A DNA stretch of 64,000 bases from Phallusia mammillata (lineage: Eukaryota), in NCBI GenBank assembly GCA_965637545.1, contig OZ281501.1, forward strand, positions 17,484,001 to 17,548,000. The letters run 5' to 3'. The notes below the pieces were generated by a model. That model saw nothing but the letters and a program-made list of their open reading frames with translations, did not search any database and was not told where the DNA came from. The position numbers were made by a program, and so were the translations under genes. Below are positions 13,623 to 26,700 of this stretch, piece by piece (positions within the stretch are counted from its first letter, which is position 1; each line of letters starts with the position of its first letter).

Positions 13623-14872
13623 TGCAATTTTAAACTTTCAGGTGAAAATAAACTGTGTAAACAATGTTGGTGTAAGAAGGCTTTTGAGTTCATGTAGATA
13701 TTTGCAACTGTCATTTACTCAGTGGGTGGCAATGTTTGCAGCACAATTTTCTACAAATAGCAGTTCTTTAAATACAGTTACATAGTAACAACCAGTAAAT
13801 ATTTGGGTTGGGGCGCGTGGGTAGTTCCTTGTTTCTGATTGGTTGCTTTGGGGGAGTGGCAAATTCCATTTGTTTGTTTTCATCTTTGCGTTTTCAACTT
13901 GCTAGTGCAGGTCGTATCCCAGCACCGTTGACTGACGGGTATTCCTGAAAACGAGGAATTACTTGAAATTATCAACGGTTGTGCTCAAGGCTGTCTGGTA
14001 TACATTGACGTCAGTATAGCGTTCGCTTCACTTTTGTCGTCGTTTGTTGATTGTTTGTTTAGGGTAAACTAAAAATAAAGACGTTCAGCGACCAAGAAGA
14101 TTGTATGTGATGAACATATCATGTTGCAATGCTTACCAACGTAACGTTTTGTGCCCTTAATCAACAACATATAACTTTCTATTGTTTAACGCGAGCACGT
14201 CGCGAACGCGGAATGTCTACACACGGTACTCGATTGTAAATGTGGGCGTGATGTTTTTTCAATCCGCCCACTTGTCGTAAGTATCGATTGCAATGTTTGA
14301 TCCCGTGACCAACACGAGGTTTCGTAGGTGACGTAATTTGTCATCATTTCTGTATGCCCACGGAACTCCTTATATAGCATACGAAAACGAAACCAAACAA
14401 AAAACAAATCCAGTAAAAGTGAATGCTATTTTTTTTATTTGGACAAAGTTTTTTGCCTTTCAGTTTTTTTATCGAATGGACTAATCCTTTTTACGTGCAG
14501 GGGTGGTAAAACTTTTTGCCGTCGTTTGACTTTCAACGTTTGTTATCTTGCGCCCTTTTCCAGGAATTCAGACCAAACGCAATCTTTTGAAGTTGAATTC
14601 GCAGAACTTGCTAAGCTCCTCACAAATACATTAATTTTTAATTTCTGACTCATTGTATCTTTACTTTCACAACTAATACTGGTTTTGGTCGCTGGAACAT
14701 ATACAGTTTTTATCTGTTTTGGATCTGCTGTGATAGCGAACTTAGTTAAGAAAAATGTTTATTTATTTGGTTAGAATTTTAAAGGCGTACGGTAGTACGG
14801 TACCGATTCTGTGCACTTCCAAGCTAATTAACTTAAGTTCCAATGGCTTTATTACCTTGTAATCATTCGTTG

Positions 14873-15635
14873 TTAGCTATTGGAGGTATTGAACATTTTC
14901 GGTTTATCTTGTTTCGAATTGTATATGTAAGGCAACTTGTAAACATTGACATTGTAGAAACGGTGTAGCTGCAGCGCGTCTACCATCTCTCCACCAATTG
15001 CACCCTCAGCTTTGTCGCGCAATTTAACGTCTAAACGTTGCGCAGCTATTTCCCGTGAATATTTCAGCGCAATTGTGCTGCTACCAATTGCCCGGCGAGA
15101 TAAACTCAACTCAACACTCTGAGGCCGTATAGGTGCTAAATATTTCGGTAATGTATTGTCACACCTTTTGTTTTTGTTATCGAGCCCTAGCAGCCTGCTT
15201 TTAGGCGACCTTATGTCAACATTTTTTTACTTCTACCGAGTCCTAAAAAGTCCATTATATTTTTTGCATTTTTTGTTGATTTTATTGCATAACTTAGTGA
15301 AATAAATAAACATTGCACCGTAGTATAAATCGACAACAAGCGTACATTGGTGCATACATAGCAACACGTGAAACAGCAGAAACCAACAGCAATAACGTTG
15401 TGTAACACAATACTACAGCATTCGTTCAACAAGGTAACATAAAAGCTCAAATACAATTTAAGTTTTTTCCACATTTCATTTTAAGCGGTTTGACAATGTG
15501 GCATTTTAGGGAGGCATCATTTGTCTTTAGTATAGTGGTTATGGTTTTAAATATGTTTCTGTGTCAGTCATAAACAATTTGACCGTTTTTTACACAGACA
15601 ATGACATATATGATATATAGGCAGCACAATGACAT
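14873..15635 (-). CDS. Candidate secreted peptide precursor E (weak model, about 104 aa)
   Basis: Hydrophobic exon 15635-15584 (MSLCCLYIIYVIVCVKN, weak donor GTCAAA, phase 1) fits acceptor atttag at 15135 and gives A-PIRPQSVELSLSRR-AIGSSTIALKYSREIAAQRLDVKLRDK...NTSNS*. The frame is open for more than 110 codons. Confidence 0.3.
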
Positions 15636-15853
15636 GGCAAAACGGGCAGGCAATTTCAATCGGTACAAAAGCTTAAGGTTTGAAGGGAAAATAGATTAGG
15701 GTCCCGCCGGGCTTTCAATTAAGCGCACAGCAACCGGCCCCTACTACAACATGTTTTACAACATTTACATCACGCGTATTCTAGGCGGGATACTTTCTCT
15801 CGAATCTTCTCTGGCCGTTAGGACGTTTTCCGTTGTGTTCAATAGTTGTTTGT

Positions 15854-16478
15854 TCACATACACGCATTAACGGCCTGGGGTATTTTGTGGCGGCCGTGAA
15901 GTAACAAAAACGCGTCGATGCAAGCGTTGAGGCTTGATTCTGGTCCTCTGTGTCTGTAAAAAAATAAAAAATAAAATAAAATATGGGTTTTCGCAGTGAC
16001 TTTACTTGTTTTTTTCAAAAGAATTAACAAAAACTCTGATATCAGTAAAAAAGTTAACTATTTTTACAACTTTGTCGAAAATAGATTTTTCATGAATATT
16101 AGTCGAAACGTGAGGTTTTTCAAAATTTATCAAATAAAAACTTTTCTTACTTGTTAAGCCATTTGAGGAAAACTCTGACAGCTTTGACATCTTGGGTGAC
16201 AACTTGCATTTTTGTCATTTCTGCGTTTCTTCTCATTCTTCTTAGCAGACCGTTGTTGCTGTTCGACTGTTCCGTACTTTTTCTACAAGAGAAAATTACT
16301 TTTTTATTTTTTGTTTTAAATCACCAATAGAAATTAGGTTTAGGTTGAACATTACAAAAATTCCTAACATTATTTTATGTTTTATGAAATCGTCTTACTT
16401 TAAAGAGGCTGCGTTGCTGGTGCTAAGGTAGCACATGCAAAAGACGAAAACCAATACGAGTGTCTTGATGCTTGCCAT
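15854..16478 (-). CDS. Secreted peptide precursor A (103 aa), glucagon/PTH-superfamily-like
   Basis: Exons 16478-16399, 16282-16151, 15953-15854 with strong sites (gtaaga, gtaaga; ttgtag, ttttacag) and phase-2 introns. Protein: MASIKTLVLVFVFCMCYLSTSNA-ASLKKSTEQSNSNNGLLRRMRR-NAEMTKMQVVTQDVKAVRVFLKWLNKHRGPESSLNACIDAFLLLHGRHKIPQAVNACM*. Has a signal peptide and a furin-type RMRR site. Confidence 0.8.
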
Positions 16479-16584
16479 TTCTTTGTTAGTTACTTCGTAG
16501 ACTGCAGTAAAAGTTCGATGCAAAATAAAGTATTTCTTCGGTGCGTTGAGAGACTTCAGTTCGCTGGTAAACAGAGGAATGTAC

Positions 16585-16650
16585 CTCGGCTGAGCTTGTT
16601 TCGCTATCTGGTTAAGTATGACTTGCCTCAGCGCGCCACTCGCATTTATA
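16585..16650 (-). promoter_or_regulatory. TATA box and short non-coding first exon of precursor gene A
   Basis: TATAAAT at 16650-16644; donor GAG|gtacat at 16585/16584; 83-nt intron to acceptor tactgcag ending at 16502, upstream of the ATG. Confidence 0.6.
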
Positions 16651-18881
16651 CGCCAAGCCAGCTGACGTTCCCTTTTTCACCTCTCGGGGTCGCCAACGAA
16701 GGCGTGGTGCCTTGTCAAGAGCCGCCTGTTATGCGTCGTGGCATCCGTTTTCTGGGCTTCTGGGCGAGGGCCGAATTGCCCAATCCTGTTTCAGTTTAAC
16801 GGTGTTGCGTAACACTACACCAATTCGACGTTGGCACATTCCATGCGGCTGGAATCTGACTTTATCGCGCTATAATCGATCGTTTTCTGGTAGTCCAATG
16901 TTCCAAGGACCCGCTTACGCCCTTAAGTCAACACCCCTTTCGAAAGGCAGGTTCGTTTCAGGTCGATGCCCTATGATGTGTTAAACGCCGATCTGTCTTG
17001 TTATCCGCCATTTTTTGGTTTCTTTAAAGCAGCCTATTACACCGTGCCGAGGCAATGTTCTCTCCAGTGTGCTTGTCTTTCTGTTTGCCTACCGTTTTTG
17101 CTGGTAAGTGTTTCTAAAACGGGTAAAGGACATTAATGACGTCGCAGTTACGCAATAGCGACCGCGTGTCCTTGGTAAGTCGCGTTTCACATCCCATTTA
17201 TTTCGCGACGTTGTATGCTGTCCAAATAAAAGACGCCACACTTCTCGCGCTAGATACGTGATATAGAAATGTTCAAGGTCATTGAAAGATCGACGCCATT
17301 TTCAAAGTGATTTCTTAGCAGATTCGGTGCAACCGACGCTGAAATGGTGGTTGCATTTACGCACGTCCGTTTCGCCGTCAAACAGCGTTTAAACGGTTGT
17401 CATGGAAACGAAATTCAATTATCCCGATGCTCCATTGTCCCGGCGTTCTATTTTCACCCGCTTCGAGTGTTTGGGCTTAGCTTGACCGTTTCTCACTTGA
17501 TGTTTACCAGCTCTGTGGTCACGGGACCACAGAAAACTGCGGAAAAATTGAGGAATTTTGTAACAATTTCTGGTCCCATGTGACCCAGAAAAACACGAAC
17601 CCCCCACGATCCCGTTTTTTTGCACGTGAACATTCAGAAGTCGGTCAAGCGGTAGCGTTTCACATCCGTTCCAGAGCCGTTCTCTTTATGACATCACACC
17701 TTGTAGTTTCAAAACGGTTCAGAAAAACTATTTCGGGTTGTCGGCTAAGTAGTGTTTAGTGCTTTCATCAGACCGTTGTGTCGTTGGCTGAGTGGTTTCA
17801 AATGTTTTTAATAGCTTACAATATTGATAATCAATGTTTGATTAAGATACTACTTTTTTGTCCAGAGATAAAATAGTTTCGCTCATTATTAAAAGCAATA
17901 CTCAAACGGTATGTGTTCTTCGTCTTATTAACACACATAACATGTTTGTCGTCAAATGTTTGCATTTTATGTGTGTATTAGCTTTGCATGCCTTAAAAAT
18001 ATTTGTCATGATGCCACATACTTTAAAAGATTTCCTTGGATCGGTACAAAATATTTAACCAAAGCACCACGTGTCGCATTTTTCCGTTTTCCCAAGTCAT
18101 TGCAATCATAATGACTCATCACTTTTTTACCATGAGTGTCCTTCTCGAGTAACGTCGAAAACACTGGTCCGTATGACGTAACAAGACCCCAACCCGGTCC
18201 CTGTTACGTCACAGTGCGCGTTTCTGTTGGAAAGCGACATTAAATTCCTTTTGGGTGAACTGTATTGGGAATTGGTGATGCGGTTTTCCATTCGTACGTT
18301 GTTTGGCAGTGATTCAACGTATTTATCGATCGGCGATAACGACTTATACTGTATGTGTTATACTATATGTGTTTTGTTAAAAACGTGCGTGGTTTTCTCG
18401 TGATATCATCTTACACTGCATCCGGAAATACGATTTTGTTCCCATTGTAGACTCTTGTAAACGTCTATACCGTGTATGATTGAATACTTTGTATCATTAA
18501 TGGTATAGTGCAAGTCTCAAGTGTATCACTGGTATTAATGGGTACTGTGGTTGAATAATTTGATTAATAATAAAGCATTTCGGTTCAGTGTACTTGATCT
18601 TCTTTCGCGAGAAAACCTTGACGTTGTTGGCTTTCTAGCGGGTTTCTAAATTTGTGGCAACAGCAAAGTGGGCCGAGTAATCTTTTTACAAGACAAGATA
18701 GCAATCTACACAACTGTGCCATGTTTGCTAATGGTTGGAAACACGCACAATCTATATTTTGTCAATACATAAACACTTTCTAAACCGGTAAAACGAGCAC
18801 GCGTCAAAAGTTTGAAACCTGACTTTCTTGCCTGAATGTCGACTTTGCTTGACAAGTATGTCCCACGTCGAATTAACCATT

Positions 18882-18996
18882 TCAAAAAGGCTCGCTGCAT
18901 TCTAAGTGGTTGGCCAAATTCTGTAAGGCAAGTTCTCTGATTTTGTGCGTTGGCATGTCACTCGTATATCTGGTTTTCGGTAATCTTTGATCTTTA
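18882..18996 (-). CDS. Orphan peptide-encoding exon B (paralog of D; possibly pseudogene)
   Basis: Acceptor tttttgtttaag, phase-2 entry as in A/C/D. Reads KDQR-LPKTRYTSDMPTHKIRELALQNLANHLECSEPF*, which aligns with the D peptide. An overlapping frame reads MQRAFLKWLIRRG, like A. No signal exon found. Confidence 0.4.
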
Positions 18997-21900
18997 CTTA
19001 AACAAAAACTTGTAATAAATAAACAGTTGTCAGATATTATCACTAAAACGAAAGCTTCTCGGCCAATCAACATACAAATCAAGTCCGTTGCAGGGAAGGT
19101 AGAAACCGCCCACCATCTAACCAATCACGGTTTAACATAACTTTGAGCCAGCAGGATCTAAAATGTACGTGATATATAAAGATCAACTTTCACTTACGAC
19201 TTTTTTATTGGACACAAATACACATAACGTGAAAGTTTGACATTAAGTTGGTCTTTTCATTTTGCGAAGAACTGTTTTTGGTGTCTTCACATTTATCGAA
19301 AACTTTTAAATGGCATGGTTTACACTGTAATCCAAAACGTATGCGTTAAAAGACAACTTAAAATAAAAATATTTAAAATTTACCAGAATTTTTCTCGTAA
19401 AATACGTCAACGACATTTTACGTTGTTCTAACATCCGCTTAACATTTTGTTATCTTAAACAAACTGAAATTTATCGATTACCTGCACCGCAAAGCGTGTA
19501 TAGCGTAGTTAGGTCCCCCTTTTTCTATGAAAGTACCTCAAGTACTTTGGTAACAGTGGTAAGAGATCAATAAAGTTCTAAAATTGTCGCTGTGAATCTG
19601 TTTGCGTTCGTGTCATTTCATGTTGATTCTAAAAAGTGCCACTTCGACAAGCACTCAAGTCCTGTTATCTTCACACGTCACGTTTGTTCTTGTGATTACG
19701 TCATGATATCCTTAAAATTGGAATGTTATCAATGCACGGAAGTATTCTGCACACAAGTTAGCGTAGGCTGTGAAAAGACCCTTTTTATAAGGCGACTGTA
19801 TTTGTCGCTTTGCGCACGCCGCATTTCCAAAGTGGTTCCTTATCGTTGCAGCTTAAGCGCGCTATTTATACTTTGGCCCGATATTTAAAGGTCTCTGTTT
19901 GACAAGTTGGCATTATTTCATCCAGCCCCATATCTCGATGGCAATTCAACTGTCCGAAATTCGTGTAGTCATGATCTGTAGAGTAGCTGGGATTTGAAAA
20001 TCGCCGATAACCTTACGAAGAAACCTCGTCGAGCTGTCGTCTTCAAAAACCACCGATGTTTATCGTGTTTTGTTCATAACACGCAAAAGTGTGAACGCAT
20101 GTCACAGCTAATGGATAATACCTTATCAAACCTTTGATCCAACGCATAATTTGTCAAGTGTTGAGCTTTCACGCAGTAACGTAACCTTTTGGCTCGCTAA
20201 AATTCCGGTTTGCGGCTTTGCCCTGCGCATGCAAAAGAGTTCATTGTCTACAAAGGGCAATTCAAAAGAGACAAACACCGTTATTACTCAAATTCTTGCA
20301 GACGAACCCGTGCTGCGTCAAAGCGCATGTAAAGCATTTGACCATCAAGTTAACAAAGGGTATTTGACACCGTTTACGCATAAGGCTATGGAGAAGCACC
20401 CTGGTAAAGTGTTTTAAAGCCAACATTGGTCGCCTGAGTTAATACAATAGTTAGAAGTACACACTTCGTTTAGAACCGTTGGTTTCAGGTTCTTAGCTAA
20501 AGCTGTGAGTCAGGGTGGAAAACTGCAAAATGTGGTCAAAAACTCGTTTTCTGGAAAAAGGTCGCCCACCCTCTAATCTGTTCAAACATTACTCACAATG
20601 GATAACCACAAACGCACGCATGTGTTAAAGTCTGTTCAAACCACCCACATAACGACCACTAAGACTGATAGATTTTTCGGTGCGTTTAGGCTTCCGTTTT
20701 ATTTATCAAACACCCGGTTTGGGTTCAATGCCCCCTACACACATGTAAATTATAATACCAGTGTTTATGCAATATGTGTCACCGTCGTTGTACAACAATA
20801 ACCTGTAGCTTACTGTCCATTAACAATGTCTTAGGATGCCGTTATTTTCTCCACCATGAGCTACACCATGTGACCATATCGCGTATTGAAATTGCCAAAA
20901 ATATCCTTTTCGATGGACAATGTATTTAGGCCTCAATGATTTTGAAAAAGATATCGCAGAATCTTTGGAATTCACTTATGCTCAAAATATCCATGTGCCT
21001 GAAGTTCGGAAATTTATTGTAAAATCTTGTGCAACCACTATGTCATTATCAGCTGGTATTTGTGGTTTTTTAGATGTCCTATTTTTAAGTGTTATACATG
21101 GTCAGGCTGCCCCAGGTACGCGCCATAAAAAATTACGTTGGGGAAAATGGCAAAATACGGAAAGACGGTTGTTTAAATTAAATGTGTCAGATCGACATAG
21201 TTTCAATTTTTTGTTTGACTGACTTTTTTCAGACTATATAATCAACAATTGTATTGTCGTTGTGCAATATTCTAACACCTAACAAAAAAGCCTTTGGCAA
21301 TTATCACCAATGAGGTAGATGTGTCTTCTCTGCCTACCCAAGATAATAACATAATCGCTTTTTTTGGTATTTTAATTTTCATATTTGTTATGATTAAAAT
21401 AGTGGCTGTTAACGCCCTACACAAATTAGTGGTGAAATTACGTCATGCAAGGAGCGTTGTTCGTAAACGCCTGAAGTAAAGATTAAATAAGTGACGCATA
21501 AAATCATTTATTTCAGTAACGAATATTTGTGCGATTAGTGTTTAATTATAAACACGAGCGCATAGTAAAAATGCGGCGGTTTGTATTTTCAATGGGATAT
21601 TTTAAATCATTTTGTGTGACTGTATTTCTTCCGTCTGAAAATTATTTCGTTTCCCAAATCATTGATCAATCAGTTTTTTGTTTGCAGAAACTGATGATGC
21701 CTGTTTTATATGTTTTTTAGACATATAATTTAGAAAAAAGATTTATGCTTTGTACCTGTTTTTTTATTAAACAGTACAAATATTTAACTGATTCGAATCA
21801 AGAATCTTTCTTTATCATTCTATTGTCTGCGGTAGATTCTTTAGAAACAAAAATGTTTTAGCCAGTTTGTTGGTTTGAACTTATAATTTTGTTCGAGACA

Positions 21901-24424
21901 AAAAAAAGGTTTGGGAACAGTTTACGGTTTGGGCGAAAGCCTCATTGACTTATTTGGTGAAAAAGACACCAGATATTTCAAACTACTAAACCTCGTACTT
22001 CAAGCCTTTAACTACAAAAATCATTACCGCCTTTATCTTTTATGTTATCGTAAAAACGTTCGGATGGAAGGCCGTGTTCTTGCGGTTTGTAAGTGAAATT
22101 ACGATGAACACGAAACCATCCAAGTAGTGTCTTCCATATTATGGGTGCGGGGACGTTTTTCCACTGAAATCAATTAACCTTCGGTTCACCTTTACGGAAC
22201 CAATTCATGTTTTGAAGTGATTAGCTGCACGAGTGATTTTTAAGATAGAGCTTAAGTTTATTTAGTCAAAGGTCTTTCCTGCCCTGCCCGTACCTGGTTG
22301 GCCGAAACAGAAAGGTCTGTTTATATTTCGCGACAATAAATCCTTGTGTCGTGCGTCGTCGCATCTTCTGGAAATAGGAATCACGCACCTTATTCCTATT
22401 ACTAAATAGGTAACAGATTTTGTAGCTTGTTGTGGTCGTAAGTGTGGAGAACTGATCATCTGTTGCGCCAGCTTAAAAAAATCATGACCCTGACTGTGTT
22501 TGGCTTGTGAAGATCTTTGAAAATGTTCTGTGTAACCTTAAAAAACAGTATACAACATTCATATTTTGCCCTATTTTGTGGCAGTGAACGTTTTCGGTTT
22601 GTGGATGGTTTTGAAAAAAATACTGTCTTTTCGACTTGTAGAGCATGGTAATTTACATCAAAAGTGTATTTTGTTTACTAATTTCTGTTTTTAGGTTGTT
22701 AACTGTGTGATCTAAAAATCCAAAAAAACATTCAAGTTTTGAGCTAGCATTAAACTCATTCTTAATCTGTAAGTTATCGAAGTTTTTCCACTGATCATGC
22801 ATGTACAATTTAGTTTGAATTGTCTAGCTTCGTTCAAAACGTAGCGATTATGTTTTTACTAAACTCGTATTAAGTTATATCGTTTACCAAAGTTTTGACA
22901 TCGCAAAGCGTATAAAAGAGTTTTTTATTTATTTCTTATACTTGTTCCTATTCCTATGTTTCCTGTATTTCGATTCCCACTTAAAAGTCAACATTACCAT
23001 ATTTTGAACAAAAACGTTTCCACAGATTGTTATCAGGTCTTGACTCCTGATGTTCTACGGATATTCACTTTGCTAAACATTTTCGAGGTACTTAAATCGC
23101 TCGTATTCACGCCAGTTCCATGTTCCTTTTTATAAATCAAGTGTCAGAAATCATTACGGTTGTTTCCAGCTAAATGTTTTTTCTCAAGTTTCACATCAAA
23201 GCTTATTATTGTACAGCGGGTTTGGGGTTTTGTTTCACCGCCCAAATTTACGAATATTTTGCATCATTTCTTGATGATGATCTGAGCTTTAACTTCACGG
23301 TTTGTTTGTGTTTTGTTTCGTTTTCTTGTAAAAATTGCACAAATTGGCAACGATATCACTTTTGCAACGCTAGTTTTTTTTTAAATGATGTAGAAAAAAG
23401 ATAATTATACGTACTTACTTTTTGGCACAAATACCCCGTTTATAAAAACATAGATAAGTGATATTTTTGATGTTTTTGTACAAATAAAGCACCTTTCTCT
23501 CTTACCCAATCTTTAAAAGTGTTATTTTTGCCCGTTTCCGCTTTATTGGTTCATTAAATGCCATATTATCACGTACGAGCATAGGACATGGCATCATCAC
23601 ACATAAATCCAATTGATGTTTGTAAAAAAGTTTTTCCGGCTCGATGTTTACTTTGCTATTGTGAATCCGACGTTTTTGGGGAGAAATTGCTCTCCCCTTG
23701 TGCTTATCGTCTCCTGTTGTTGTATACGTCCCTTTGATTCGCTTGTGTGCCATTGTTTAAGCACGTCACGCTTTATTTGGTCTGTGCGACGTCGACTTTT
23801 CCACATTCACGCAATCTCAAATTTGCGAGACCCTTAGCGATTGCGCAAAAAAACGGCGAAAAAATGGTGTTTGTTTTGACGGTTGTCATGGCGAAAAAAA
23901 ACAACAGTTTCAGGTCATGCCGAGTCTGCCATTTTTCTCAGAGTTGGACCCGTTTTGACCACAATGATTTGTTTTTACCTGTCTGGCAATGTACGCACAT
24001 ATTGGCTACTTCAACATTGTACATACACTTGTATTTGCTTGTTTAACTTGCCGGTATTTCCAAATGTTTTAGTTTAGCGCCATTCGTTTTTGTTTAAACC
24101 TTTTAAAAAAATGTGGAACTCAAAAGTTGGCTTATTTTAGCTTTATTGCTACAGGCAAGTGGCAACGAATTGTACCGTTCAATAATTACCACGTTTGAAA
24201 TCTTTGCATGAAAATTGCTAACTTTATGTTAATTTTGCATATCATGTATGTATTAAACCTACATTATTTCCATTTTTTCAACCTATATAGTTTATTCGAT
24301 TGGTTAGGGTTCGAACCCGAATTTTATTGTAATCTTATCCATTTGTCGAATATCTCTTGTCATTTATTTTTGTTATTGTTAATGTAATAATTAAGAAACG
24401 GAAAAAGGGGGCACGTAAATAATG

Positions 24425-24545
24425 AGGGAAAAAAGGCATAATTAGGCCCAAAAGTTGGCGAAATTGCGGTCCGAATGATGCATAACGTGAAGTCAGGCCC
24501 GTTTTATTTTAACTTAGGTCCGAATCCGGGCCGACTTTCATCTGT
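24425..24545. repeat. Fragment of the GGCCCG/CCCGAA-rich hAT MITE family (see 50347-50738)
   Basis: Shares aagtcaggcccg / ttaggtccgaatc / gggccg motifs with copies near 34855-35000, 38881-39075 and 50347-50738. Confidence 0.55.
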
Positions 24546-24574
24546 TTACAGCTTAATTAGTAAATGGATACATC

Positions 24575-24754
24575 CAGTGGTGGGATTCAGCCGGTTCGCA
24601 CCGGTTCTATAGGACCGTCTCACGAAATTTTATGAGATCAGCGAACCAGTTAGCATTACTGGTTACTGTCAATGGACTTTTTGTAACAGAACCGGCTAAA
24701 AAATATTACTTTTGTGATAGAACCGGCTCACACAAAAATTGAATCCCACCACTG
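24575..24754. mobile_element. hAT MITE, 180 bp, recent insertion
   Basis: TIR CAGTGGTGGGATTC / GAATCCCACCACTG and perfect 8-bp TSD GATACATC (24567-24574, 24755-24762). Confidence 0.92.
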
Positions 24755-26519
24755 GATACATCGATTCCTTTTAATTGCTTTCAATTTTGTTCTAATTTCA
24801 ATTACGTACTGTTTATTGTGGTAAACTTATCATGTATCGGCTCGATGCTTTTGTATGTTTAGAATGCTTAATTGTGTTTGTTCGTTGTTGATCGTCTTAC
24901 AACTTTTCCTTTCTCGGGTTTCGAACCCTGGACACGCCCAAAGACGAATCGTGATCAGTTTTGTTATGTGTATATTGGTCAAACGCCTTGGACCATTCTG
25001 CCAAGTTCGTGCTTCATCTATCACGTTTCGGAGGTTAATAGCTCCCCGGCGCAGGGTGTGCATTTTACGTGTTGTAAATTACAAGGATTTGATGTCCACG
25101 CGAGGGCGTAAAAGACTTGCGTTTTACATAAGGTTTCTTTGACGGGAAAACATCTTGTTTTTTATGTCTGTCTAGTCAGCTGTCACTTTCTATGAATGTT
25201 TTCCGTGTTAAGTTTGGTTTAAGTCATTACATTGCACAAAATTTTCAAACTTGCTGTCTGCCAATGACTTTCTATAATCTCTGGTGTGTAAGGTATAACT
25301 TTCAAAGAACATTGTTCGCCTTATGGCCAGTATTACAGCGTTTCTCGAACCTTTTTACTGGAGGGTCACGGGTTTAAGTCAATATTGTTTTAGTAGTTGT
25401 TCTTTGTGACCTAGCCTTTATTTCTTTAATATACTCAGAATTCTACGCTTTTCATTGGTGAGCTAGGGTAACGGCTTTGAAGGATAGTTTAAGGGGTCAC
25501 GAAGTATAAAAAGCTAGGAACCACTGGCCTTTTGGAACATAGGATCTTGTTGGGAATGTAATGTGCATTGTAACGAAAAGGAAATGAATTACTGTGAATC
25601 TTAAAATGTCCCAACCGGGTAACAACGTTGATGTATGAAACGTACATTGATTCCAGTAGTGGAAAATATTAGGGAAAATTTTTGTAACGCTACTTCTGTG
25701 TATACATCAACTTTCTGGGTGTCGATTCCACTTTACACGAGGTGTTGAGGTGTCCGCAATTGTGGCGTAACTCGAATCACCTTTTCCTGGGTAAGGGTAC
25801 ACGCCCTACTACGCTTCGCCTGATACTACCACTGTGAGGTGAACTTTGTCCCCTAGTGCTGTGTTGACATTGCTGGCCTGTCTGGAAGTAGGCGTGGCGA
25901 AGGTGTGTGGGCCAGGAATGTAGGCGGAGTTTGTGGGGCCGTGGTTGTAAGTTGAAACCCCGACGCCATTTTAACTCGGGGGCGTACCATTTTCAACGAG
26001 AGGTCGTAGGTTTCGTTTTTTTAAGTCTGGACTTTTATCATTGTTGGAAAGTAAGTCTTAACTATGGCACTTTTCATGAGCACGTATTTGTGGCAAAATA
26101 ACGATGTAATAATATATTATTGAAATCTGAGAGTTTATTTTGGTTCCTTGGTGTTGACTTCAATTCGAATACATATTGGTTGATCCCGGGTGTATACCTT
26201 TAATTATTCCACGTTTATTAAAATTATGTTTCAAGTTAAATGTTTAGTAGTGTATTTCCTTTGTTATATAACATGATGAAAAGCAGATTTTTAGCAGTTT
26301 GTTACCAAGGTTTCAATCAACAGACTTTAAAAACAGTAGAGTTTTTTTTCTCATGAGGTAAAACAATTGCTTTCATAAGTGATCTTACCGAAACAATGTC
26401 GAGGTTTTACTGACGTTCAGTAAACCTGCAGTGTCTACTAAAACACATTACCAAAATTTGTCGGTACTATGTATCTGCCACCTGTACTATGTACCCGCCA
26501 AACCATGAGCCACACTGTT

Positions 26520-26700
26520 TTAGTTTGTGCATGTGGTTTTTAAATCAACACATAAGCTCCAGAAATGTAAACTGTGAAGTTGATAAAAGCCTAATTTTTA
26601 GTATTCTTTTTGTATGGTTTAACATCTACCATATAGTCCATTGAGAGAAATGAAAATGATTTGTAATGTTGAATGAGAAATTCGTCGATAAAGGTTGGGA
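26520..26700. repeat. Truncated copy of the MITE at 45760-45995
   Basis: Shared ctgtgaagttgataaaag...tttgtatggttta(a/g)catctac...gagaaatg...aatt(c/t)gtcga...aggttggga. Confidence 0.7.

Noticed and set aside
16520-17000. GC-rich block considered as a structured ncRNA, and the plus ORFs 16518-16799 and 16712-16984
   Set aside because: No recognisable ncRNA motifs; better explained as promoter, first exon and intron of gene A on the minus strand.
17786-17800. Pol III A-box TGGCTGAGTGG suggesting a tRNA or SINE
   Set aside because: No B-box or cloverleaf downstream.
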